DNA of 32,115 nt from Nematocida ausubeli (lineage: Eukaryota). The stretch is from contig NW_026515634.1 in NCBI RefSeq assembly GCF_000738915.1, positions 372,001 through 404,115 on the forward strand, written 5' to 3'. Positions within the stretch are counted from its first letter, which is position 1. Every line of letters begins with the position of its first letter. Position numbers and translations under genes: made by a program. The notes below the pieces were generated by a model. That model ran no database searches. It was not told where the DNA came from and saw only the letters and a program-made list of their open reading frames with translations. This document shows positions 9,367 to 18,198 of the stretch, piece after piece.

Positions 9367-10335
9367 ATGGGTATTACAGGTTTACTGCCTATGCTTAAAA
9401 ATCATATCGACTATGTGGAGGTGTCAGATTTAAAGGGGCTTAAGATAGGAGTAGATGGATACTCCTGGCTGTACAAAGCCATCACAGTGCATGCGTCTGA
9501 TATATATCTGCGACCTAAGGACCCAGAGGTCATAAATAAGTACGTCTCTTTTTGCATTAGAAAGTGCCAGGCACTAATTGCACACGGAGTTGAGCTATTC
9601 TTTGTATTTGACGGGGAAGAACACCCCATGAAAAAGAGCACCAACCAGAAAAGAAGGGACCGAAAGGCACAGATGCAGAGCAAGGTAGAGCACCTTATTG
9701 CAAGAGGGAATATTAGAGATGCCAGGCCGCTGATGAGCCGGTGCATGAAGGTGGACGCAGATATGGTAAGCAACCTGGCTGCAGCTCTGAAGAAAATTAA
9801 CGTGCCCCACATGATTGCACCCTACGAGGCAGACCCCCAGCTTGTATACCTAGAGAAAAAAGGAAGAATTGACTGCATCACCACAGAAGACAGTGACTTA
9901 ATTGTCTATGGCGCAAAGAAGATACTGTTTAAGCTGAATGAAGCGCATGGTGGCGAACTGTATAATAGGGAAAAAATCCTAGCAAGCTGCTCTTTGCCAA
10001 TAAAGTGCCTTCTTACACAGCTGAAGGAGATTGTGTCTCTGAGTGGATGCGATTACACTGACGGCATAAGCAAAGTGGGGCTAATCACTGCGCATAAGCT
10101 GATCATGATGCACAAGACAGTTGAAGGCTGCATTCAGTATCTTGCGCAGAAGCAGAACAGCGTTACAGATCATATAGATGTCTGCTCGAAAGTCATTTGC
10201 ACATTCAACATGCACGTGGTAAAAGACCCAGTCACTGGCCGTAGAGTCCACCTGGCAGACTCAACAGAAAAAGCAGCAGCCGACATCTCCTCGTTTGATG
10301 ATGTGTCTTTTCTGGGGCTTCTTGAGCCTGTATAA
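9367..10335 (+). CDS. EXO1: Exonuclease 1 (XPG/Rad2 family), nuclease core only
   Basis: MGITGLLP, VDGYSWL, VFDG, APYEADPQL, TEDSDL, LSGCDY..GI..VGL.TA are Exo1-type XPG-N/I and H3TH motifs. Confidence 0.92.
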   Translation: MGITGLLPMLKNHIDYVEVSDLKGLKIGVDGYSWLYKAITVHASDIYLRPKDPEVINKYVSFCIRKCQALIAHGVELFFVFDGEEHPMKKSTNQKRRDRKAQMQSKVEHLIARGNIRDARPLMSRCMKVDADMVSNLAAALKKINVPHMIAPYEADPQLVYLEKKGRIDCITTEDSDLIVYGAKKILFKLNEAHGGELYNREKILASCSLPIKCLLTQLKEIVSLSGCDYTDGISKVGLITAHKLIMMHKTVEGCIQYLAQKQNSVTDHIDVCSKVICTFNMHVVKDPVTGRRVHLADSTEKAAADISSFDDVSFLGLLEPV

Positions 10336-10894
10336 CGTCTTGCCTGCATTAGCATCAGCACATTTTCTATGTGCAATTCAAACCAGTTAATCACGTAAAA
10401 ATTAAATGTCTTATAAGATTATTTATTCTATTGCTAATTCTATTAAAAGTACTTGCTATGCCTAGTGCATAGGCTTCCATGCAGCAAGAAAAATAATCAA
10501 ATTATTTCTGTATTTTAACTGGCATTTTTACTTCATACGTGCATATGCACAGCATAGAAGAATCAGACACTATATGTTTGATTTTTGTCACACATCAATT
10601 CAGACAGAATTCAATAATTTGTGAAACATCTGAAGTACTTCTAGATAGATAAGTAATAATGGTAAAAATATTCCATACGAAGAACCATTTCATCATAATA
10701 TGGAGAGTGCTCTTTCTGCGCTGTGCATATGTATACTGAACAGATATTTAAATAAGATTTATTCTGGTGTATACTTATGCAGTACTTGTATTATGTGGCT
10801 GCCTCTAATAACAGCATATTTTGCTGGAGTCTATTTTAGACTTACTACGCTGTCTTCTTAAGAATATGCAGCACTACCTGAATTGAGATTTCAG

Positions 10895-13222
10895 CTAGTT
10901 TGATGGAATCTTGAAGATCTCTTTTATTCTTTTGCATAAAAGCTGGTTTTGGCTGTACATCTCTAGCAGTCCTGTCCCAAAGAGCTGGTCTTTCTTTTCT
11001 ACATATGGAAGAATGTAGAAGACATGCACTGGCAAGTAGTTTCCATTGCTAAACACAGATGTGTCTTCTTTGCTTTCCAGGCACTGCTGCAAGCTGATAA
11101 CTGCCTGCTTAAACGTAAATGTGTGCGAGAAGACTGAAAACCGCTCTATGTGGACCAAGAAGTAGGTAGTAATATACTCCAGAATAATAGACCGTGTTTT
11201 CTGCACAAGATATGTGTCTATTAGCAAAAAATGCTCAAGCTTTCTGTCAAGGACATCTGCCTTTGTAAGAAGCTGGTCTATAGTGGTTCCTACAAGAGAA
11301 AGCAAGTGCACCGTGAAACACCCAAACATCATTTGTGCTAGTTTTGTAAATCCAGCCTGAATCTGCTCCATTGGTCCTTGAGTGTGCTCTTCTGTCTTCT
11401 TCTCTTTTGTGCTTTTTTCTATAATAGACATAGACATATGCGTAATTAATGAAAGAATATCATTTGGCAGCTGAATAAACTCAGAGATTGCAATAAACTT
11501 CCTGCTTGTGCAGTGCATGAAAATAGACGGGCCTAATGCGCTTTCTTTCTCTTCTGGGTTATTCCACCTCTCTATCTCTCCCGAAATAGAATCTTCTGCA
11601 TGGTACTTAATCTCTTCAAGCTCCTCCTCGCTTACACGTGATATTGCTTTAAAAACTGCTTGCATTGATGCAAGAACCCTTCCCAGCGCATCTGCTGCAG
11701 CCTCCTCTATTTTTATTTCAAGCCCTGCAATTCGCACCTTAGCAAACCTTCCAAGTGCCCCCAGAACCCTTTTTATCGCTCTCTGGTACTTTTGCAGAAA
11801 TGGCATAGTGTGGTCTGCTGTTTTCTCCAATTCCTCCACTTTTTCAACTAAATCCATGAGCATTTGCTTTCTGTTTGCAAAGCAGCTGATGAGTTCTACG
11901 TCTTTGATCTTATCAGATATATCCACATGTGCAGGAAGGACATCAGCCAAAACATCCCGCATAGTTGCAGATATTTCCAATGCGCATCCGTGTATAATTA
12001 GTATTGCATCCTCTGACCTAACTAAGTGCACGTTCATTATAAAGAGGTCTGTCTCTACACTGTTTTCGTCTTTTGTAAGGTGCCCGTACTTGCTGTAGAA
12101 CAGCTCATTATACATAAGACTTGCTGAGTCCAGCCTGTTTATCTTTTGTATTCCATAGGCAATGGTATCCTCGGCTGCACCCTCTGTGTCTTTTGTAAGT
12201 CTTTTAAAAAACACTGAAATCCACTCAACGATCTTTTTGAAAATATCCTCTTCCAGAACAGAAGAGTCGTAAAGTGGCAGGGAGACCTGAGCTGTTTTGT
12301 TAGATGCCTCTCTATTTAGCCAGATTTCTTCATAGAGCTCTGGGTTATACCGGTACTTTTTACTGCTTGTGCACTCTTCTTTTCTTTTATGCAGTATGGT
12401 TTGTATATTATGCAGCAAATTAGACACTTCTGATGCAAAGACAGCAAGCTCCCGCGAGAGTATCTGTGCCTCGTCTTCCCCAGTGACAACCTCTTTCTTG
12501 TGCATTTCTTTATGCATTTCCCTTGTGGCCCTATTGATTATTCGCACCATGCACTCATTTGTAGACTTGTATACTGGAACTAGCGCACAGCCTGCAATCT
12601 TCTCTAGCACCCGAATGTCCACAGGCGATATTCTAATGACTCCTTGCAGACTATCCTTTATCCTCCCCTCTATCTCTTTTTTGACCTTCCATAGCCCATT
12701 CTCTGTGCGACACTTCACTTCCATCCGCGCCTCTCTGTCTTCTACACACTGGATATTATTCATTATTTCGCTCAGTCTGCCTGCATGTATATCACCTATT
12801 GTCAGCATGTCCACTGCTAGCGCCTTTTTTATTTCAGATTCCTTTAAATCTCTTATGTACTTTTCCTGCTCCTGTTTTAGGTCCTCTATGTGCTTTCCTA
12901 TACTGTCAGACTGCACACTTTTAATAAGCTCTGTCAAGCATGCTTCCACCTCTGTGATGTTATGAGATGCTGCTACTATTTCTTTGTGCACCTTATGGTA
13001 TGTAATTGCAGAGTTTTTTAACGGTTTTGTGTTTTCTGCTATCAGTGCTTCAAGCCCAGCAGAGAGCATCTCGTATGTACTTTCAAACTCATCCTGCATC
13101 TTCTCTGAGTCAGATATTCTTTGCATGGCAGGCCCTGGAATATATTTCTCCTGCATTACCTCTGGAAAGTCTATTCTTATCTTTTTGAGCGCATTCTCCA
13201 GCTGCCTAAGATCCTGCCCCAT
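10895..13222 (-). CDS. Probable exocyst subunit Sec8 (EXOC4)-like helical-rod protein
   Basis: N-terminus LKKIRIDFPEVMQEKYIPGPAMQRI...FESTYEMLSAGLEALIAENTKPLKNSAITYHKVHKEIVAASHNITEVEACL resembles the Sec8 N-terminal coiled-coil region. The rest is predicted all-helical. The ORF is certain, the name is inferred. First ATG at 13222 (track starts at TTG 13231). Confidence 0.6.
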   Translation of the reverse strand: MGQDLRQLENALKKIRIDFPEVMQEKYIPGPAMQRISDSEKMQDEFESTYEMLSAGLEALIAENTKPLKNSAITYHKVHKEIVAASHNITEVEACLTELIKSVQSDSIGKHIEDLKQEQEKYIRDLKESEIKKALAVDMLTIGDIHAGRLSEIMNNIQCVEDREARMEVKCRTENGLWKVKKEIEGRIKDSLQGVIRISPVDIRVLEKIAGCALVPVYKSTNECMVRIINRATREMHKEMHKKEVVTGEDEAQILSRELAVFASEVSNLLHNIQTILHKRKEECTSSKKYRYNPELYEEIWLNREASNKTAQVSLPLYDSSVLEEDIFKKIVEWISVFFKRLTKDTEGAAEDTIAYGIQKINRLDSASLMYNELFYSKYGHLTKDENSVETDLFIMNVHLVRSEDAILIIHGCALEISATMRDVLADVLPAHVDISDKIKDVELISCFANRKQMLMDLVEKVEELEKTADHTMPFLQKYQRAIKRVLGALGRFAKVRIAGLEIKIEEAAADALGRVLASMQAVFKAISRVSEEELEEIKYHAEDSISGEIERWNNPEEKESALGPSIFMHCTSRKFIAISEFIQLPNDILSLITHMSMSIIEKSTKEKKTEEHTQGPMEQIQAGFTKLAQMMFGCFTVHLLSLVGTTIDQLLTKADVLDRKLEHFLLIDTYLVQKTRSIILEYITTYFLVHIERFSVFSHTFTFKQAVISLQQCLESKEDTSVFSNGNYLPVHVFYILPYVEKKDQLFGTGLLEMYSQNQLLCKRIKEIFKIPSN

Positions 13223-13664
13223 TGCAAACAAAATATTTCATATGTTTAATTAAATCCTTGGTAAAAGCCTTCATAAATTTCCATAGAAAATGCAGCATTC
13301 TTTTTAGATTTTTCTGTAATTATTCCAGGACCTCTTAACTGCATCTCAGAAATTGCGCTAGTAAGCACACACTGCGGACTTAAATAGTTTCTACCACAGC
13401 AAGAATCCTTCTCAATGTACTTTCACTTGGTCTTTCTGTCCTGATTTCTCTGGAGAAACATTTCTTTCACTCGGTCAAAAATACTTTTATGCATGCTTTT
13501 GTGAAAGTACAGTCTTCTTATATCACTCTACTACAGCTAATACTTAATTTAAAGAAATAAGACTCTTATAAGAAATTCTTTTGTAAGAACACATATAGCC
13601 CGTTGTACTACACTATTTGATCTCTACGCCCAAGCATTACAAATGTATATAACCTGAATAACCT

Positions 13665-14708
13665 TTATTCTTTATCTGTCTTTCTATTGATTTGGTAGTA
13701 TCTGATCCTGCACTGTCTATCTGTTCTATCTGTAAGCTCCTTTGAGATCTGCCTCCATACATGTTTTTCTGATTTTTCAACTGCTTTCAAAAGCTTTTCA
13801 TCCTCCTCTGGTGACCAGGGCTGGCTGTTCTTTGCTGGGTCTAAATAGTATATATACCGCTCCCTGCATTGAAACTGCGTTCTAGTTGGGACATATTTGC
13901 ACACTTCTCGCCAGTTGCCCTTCTTGCACTTGCTCACTCCTTTCAAAAGCGCACGATTCTCTTCCTCCGTCCACCTCCCATGCCGTATTTCTGGGTTCAG
14001 CACTCTTTTATATCTGTACATGCACTGCCGCGAGGTTTTATTCTTAAAATGCACTGCTATCTCGGTCCAGCTCTTTTTCCCCTCAGACTGGACGAGCTCT
14101 GCAAGATGCTGGTCCTCTTCCTCTGTCCACTGCGAAGTAGGCCTGCTCTTCTGCAGCTCAAGGTATCTGGAGTACACAGAAATAGGCGCTCTTCTTACTG
14201 TTTTGCATATTTCACTCCAGTCACCTCTATGCTTCCGTATTTCGTTGTCTTCCTCTGGTTGAAACTTATCCTGCCGGTATGCCGGGTTCTGTGGGTGGTA
14301 CCACAGACGCATGCACTCTTGCACTGGTTTTTCTATCTCTTTTGAGAGCACACCCCATACTTTGCTTTTGACCTCTGGGAGAAATACTCTTTCTGCAATG
14401 AAAAACGCGTTGATCTGCGAGAGAACACGCTGTGCCTCGGCTGTTAGATCTACATTCTGCTCTGGATTATTCGCTGGAGCATACGAGCTGGACTTCTTTA
14501 AACTCTCTGTCTGCGTCTTCTTTTTTGTTTTCTTTTTGTATTCAAGCAATTGCTTTCGCATAATCCCCAGAACATCCAGTTTGCTCATTAAGTCCAAATA
14601 CTCTTCATGCAGTCTGTTTTGTAGGTCTTTGTTTCTTTTTATTATGGCGACCTCCTGCACGCCGCTAGACATTTCATCGGAAAAACTTAACAGCAAATCT
14701 TCATCCAT
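13665..14708 (-). CDS. Multi-repeat Myb DNA-binding protein, SNAP190/SNAPC4-like
   Basis: A half repeat (WGVLSKEI...ECMRLWYHPQNP) plus four repeats (FQPEED, WTEEED, WTEEEN, WSPEED; QCMYRY, QCRERY, QCRIRY), preceded by an N-terminal coiled coil. Myb identity is certain, the subfamily is inferred. Confidence 0.85.
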   Translation of the reverse strand: MDEDLLLSFSDEMSSGVQEVAIIKRNKDLQNRLHEEYLDLMSKLDVLGIMRKQLLEYKKKTKKKTQTESLKKSSSYAPANNPEQNVDLTAEAQRVLSQINAFFIAERVFLPEVKSKVWGVLSKEIEKPVQECMRLWYHPQNPAYRQDKFQPEEDNEIRKHRGDWSEICKTVRRAPISVYSRYLELQKSRPTSQWTEEEDQHLAELVQSEGKKSWTEIAVHFKNKTSRQCMYRYKRVLNPEIRHGRWTEEENRALLKGVSKCKKGNWREVCKYVPTRTQFQCRERYIYYLDPAKNSQPWSPEEDEKLLKAVEKSEKHVWRQISKELTDRTDRQCRIRYYQINRKTDKE

Positions 14709-14723
14709 AGAAAAAATTTACAA

Positions 14724-16667
14724 ATGGGGGCAAGGAGAAACATAGCTGGATTAATTTCCGCAGTAACAGGACAGAGCCAGAACTCACGCTTGCTCACCCG
14801 ATCCTACGACATTTTGCAGTCTTTTTTTACTAGCCACGAAATATTCCGCGGCTACACAGAAAAGATTCTGGGTATTGACTTGGGGACAACGAACTCGTGC
14901 GCTGCTGTGCTAATGGAAGGAGACAAGCCGAAAATTATAGAAAATCTGAAGGGCAGCAGAACCACCCCTTCTGTAGTATCGCTCTCTGGCGGGAAAGTAC
15001 TAGTAGGGGAGGACGCTAAGAAAGAAATACAGAATACACCAAGTGGAGTTGTCACCTCAGCAAAGAGGCTGATGGGCCGGAAGTACACTGATCCAGAGAC
15101 TGTCGAGCACATGGAGACTGTTCCGTATAAAATTGTTCCGCATGTAAATGGAGATGCCTGGATTGAGGTGGATGGGAAAACATACTCACCACAGAAAATC
15201 GGGGCTGAGGTGCTTAGGTATCTAAAGGATTCTGTTGAGTATGTGCTGAAGGAAAAGATCACTAAAGCCGTTATAACAGTACCTGCTTACTTCACTGATG
15301 CGCAAAGGCAAGCCACAAAGGTTTCAGGTGAAATTGCAGGCCTAAATGTACTGCGTGTTATAAATGAGCCAACAGCAGCAGCTCTCTCATACGGCATTGA
15401 CACCTCTAAAGACGGGATAGTTGCAGTTTATGACCTAGGGGGCGGCACCTTTGATGTCTCGATACTTGAAATAAAGGATGGTATATTTGAGGTCAAAGCA
15501 ACCAACGGAAACAGCCATTTGGGCGGAGAGGACTTTGATGCTGCATTGACAAACCACATAATATCGCGAATAGAAAAAGAGCATGGAATAGCGATACGAA
15601 GCAACCTTGATGCGCTACAGCAGGTTCGGAAGATGGCAGAGCAGATAAAGTGTGTGCTGTCTGAGCAGGAGCACACAGTAGCAGACTTTTTATTCCCGCA
15701 TACTTCAGATGCAAAATCTGAATCGAGCAGGAGCATATCACTGCACATTACTAGACAGGAATTTGAGAATCTAATTGCACCTTTAATTGAGAAAACGCTG
15801 TCTCCATGCAAGGAGGCCATGCTTGATGCAGACATAAAAAAGGGCTCAATTGATAATGTAATTGTTGTAGGCGGCATGACACGAATTCCTGCAATTAGAA
15901 GGGCGGTTGAAAAAGTATTTGGTAAAGCAATTACTCCCGGTGTAAACCCGGATGAAGCTGTCGCTGCTGGTGCTGCAGTGCAGGGAGGAATACTTGCAGG
16001 GAAAATGCAGGACTATCTGCTGATTGACGTGGCGCCGCTCAGCCTAGGAATAGAAACACTTGGCGGAATATTCAGTAAAATTGTAGAGAAAAATAGCTCA
16101 ATTCCAATTAAAAAAACGCAGACTTTCACAACATCAGAGGACGGGCAGCCCTCAGTAACTGTAAAAATATACGAAGGAGAGCGGCCCCTGGTGTCCCATA
16201 ATAAATATCTTGGAGAACTGGTCCTTTCTGGAATCCCTCCTCTTCCTAAAGGGGTGCCAAAGATAGAGGTTACCTTTGAGGCGGATGCAAATGGAATATT
16301 CACGGTCTCAGCAAAGGACAAAGAAACACAGATAGCACAGAATACAAAGATCGAGCCATCAGGTGGCCTCTCCAAGGATGAGATTGCTTCCTTGATAAAA
16401 GAGGCAGAAGACGCCCGCCTGCAGGATGAAAAAGAAAAACTTCTAATAGAAACAAAGCAGAAAGTAACCGACTATATTAAGCAGCACCATGAGATAAGAG
16501 CCAAGCTTAAGGGCAGCCTTAAGCCAGACACACTGCATAGACTGAACAGCAAAATTTCGGATCTTTTGGCTTATATGGAGAAATCATCGGCTACTAAGGA
16601 TGAGCTAGAGTACTATTTGGCAGATTTAAGAAAAGATGCAGGAAGTGCCTGGAGAGACCATAAATAA
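14724..16667 (+). CDS. SSC1: Mitochondrial-type (mitosomal) Hsp70
   Basis: GIDLGTTNS, TVPAYF, INEPTAAAL, DLGGGTFDVS, NPDEAVA, plus mitochondrial/proteobacterial signatures NGDAWI and YSPQKIG, PLSLGIETLGG. No EEVD or HDEL/KDEL at the C-terminus. ~45 aa N-terminal extension. Confidence 0.93.
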   Translation: MGARRNIAGLISAVTGQSQNSRLLTRSYDILQSFFTSHEIFRGYTEKILGIDLGTTNSCAAVLMEGDKPKIIENLKGSRTTPSVVSLSGGKVLVGEDAKKEIQNTPSGVVTSAKRLMGRKYTDPETVEHMETVPYKIVPHVNGDAWIEVDGKTYSPQKIGAEVLRYLKDSVEYVLKEKITKAVITVPAYFTDAQRQATKVSGEIAGLNVLRVINEPTAAALSYGIDTSKDGIVAVYDLGGGTFDVSILEIKDGIFEVKATNGNSHLGGEDFDAALTNHIISRIEKEHGIAIRSNLDALQQVRKMAEQIKCVLSEQEHTVADFLFPHTSDAKSESSRSISLHITRQEFENLIAPLIEKTLSPCKEAMLDADIKKGSIDNVIVVGGMTRIPAIRRAVEKVFGKAITPGVNPDEAVAAGAAVQGGILAGKMQDYLLIDVAPLSLGIETLGGIFSKIVEKNSSIPIKKTQTFTTSEDGQPSVTVKIYEGERPLVSHNKYLGELVLSGIPPLPKGVPKIEVTFEADANGIFTVSAKDKETQIAQNTKIEPSGGLSKDEIASLIKEAEDARLQDEKEKLLIETKQKVTDYIKQHHEIRAKLKGSLKPDTLHRLNSKISDLLAYMEKSSATKDELEYYLADLRKDAGSAWRDHK

Positions 16668-16691
16668 ATAAACTAATTTAAAAACAAAAAA

Positions 16692-17519
16692 ATGCCATGC
16701 GCGAAAGAGACTATGAGTTTGAAGCAAATAATTGCAAGCACGGATGCAAATTCAAAGTGTATTGACTGCAATATGACCAGGCCGCAATGGGCATCCATTA
16801 CGTACGGGGTATTTCTCTGCCTGAACTGTGCAGGCGTGCATAGATCATACGGTGTAAAAGTGAGCATGGTGAAAAGCCTGAGCATGGACATATGGAATGA
16901 CTCAGAAAAGAAAAGAATGGAGCTTGGGGGCAACAAAAACTTTTTTGAGTATGTGCAGAAGAATGGGCTAGAAGGTCTGCCAAAAAAAGAGCTATACACA
17001 TCAAGCAAAATGAAAACATATGTAGATGCTCTGCAGAAAAGTGTTGAGGAAATATTCCCGCAGGCAAAGACAGCAAGTCCATCATCCCCAAAAGAAAGGA
17101 GGAAGAAAGTAGAAACAACTCCCTCCCCATCCACAGTGAACGTGTGCTCTGGCTCTGGCAGCGGTATAGATGCTGAGGTCTCTCAGAGCAGCTACGTAAA
17201 CATGTACAACCAGGCATCTACCATGGCTATGCCAGCACTGGGCAGCCTTCAGACAGGCATATCAGAGGTCTTTGGGAAGGCTGCCGAGTACTTCAGCTAT
17301 GCATCTAGCACTATTTCCGAGCAAATCTCTGAGAAGGTCATTACGCCTGCCTCAAGCATGATTAAAGAAAGGGGTGAACAGCTTTCTGAGTACATTAAAG
17401 GAAAAGATAAGAATAGAAGGGCGCAGGAGAAAGAGTCTTCCAGGGAGGCAAAACCAAAGCCTACAGAGAAAAAACCGCACACAGGAAGCACAAAAGCTTC
17501 ATATGACAAATGGGATTAG
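16692..17519 (+). CDS. ArfGAP (Gcs1/ArfGAP1-like)
   Basis: CIDC...PQWASITYGVFLCLNCAGVHRSYG...VKSLSMD.W...GGN is the ArfGAP zinc finger with its catalytic Arg. A Ser/aromatic amphipathic segment (ISEVFGKAAEYFSYASSTIS) is ALPS-like. Confidence 0.93.
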   Translation: MPCAKETMSLKQIIASTDANSKCIDCNMTRPQWASITYGVFLCLNCAGVHRSYGVKVSMVKSLSMDIWNDSEKKRMELGGNKNFFEYVQKNGLEGLPKKELYTSSKMKTYVDALQKSVEEIFPQAKTASPSSPKERRKKVETTPSPSTVNVCSGSGSGIDAEVSQSSYVNMYNQASTMAMPALGSLQTGISEVFGKAAEYFSYASSTISEQISEKVITPASSMIKERGEQLSEYIKGKDKNRRAQEKESSREAKPKPTEKKPHTGSTKASYDKWD

Positions 17520-18198
17520 ATTCAATAAAGGAATTGCATATAAATTTAGTATTTTCGAGTAATGAAGTTACAACAGCGCAGATACTGCTATTCTATCACG
17601 TAGTATTGCATGATTCTTGCTTCTAATTATCTAACGTATCTTCTAAATGGCTAGACATTAATATGTAAGATAATTATTGAATAACTACAGAAAGAAGGCA
17701 CTAATTTGAAGATGTCTTGCTATGCAGAAGACCAGTCTTAATGGCATTTGATGCGTACTTCGCATATATAAATTTTCTATTCTCAATTAAAGAAACAAGA
17801 GAATAAGCTAACTCATAGCCAACAGAGAGGCACACCAGGCGAAGATAAGCTTATTACTCGTTTATTTGTTTAAAACAGTGCTTTTCCATTAAATTCCAGA
17901 AAAATAATTTTTAACTGTGTTTGTCTTTTTGATTTTTTACCCAACTGAAGATCTAATTGATTAAAATGCGACAAAAATCATGAAAAAATCACGGAATGCA
18001 TCTCTTAAAGTACTGCAGAATAAATAAGAAAAAGGAATTCGGGTTGGATAGTTTTTTGTAAAGAGGATTTCCTTCTTTCTCTTTCATGCACTTATATGTG
18101 AGAAGTTTTAAGATCATTTTGATGCTTTCTATGGGACTCAATCTTCAGCGAACGAAATTATAATTTAACAAGCATTTTTTTTATAAGATAGACAAGCA

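Noticed and set aside
9092..9398. Short intergenic ORFs 9092..9355(-) and 9201..9398(+), and similar ones at 25716, 25967, 27934 and 29658
   Set aside because: Short, compositionally like AT-rich spacer DNA, with no motifs.
17821..17850. ACAGAGA as a U6 snRNA box
   Set aside because: It is not followed by the AGATTAGCA-type catalytic and ISL sequence.
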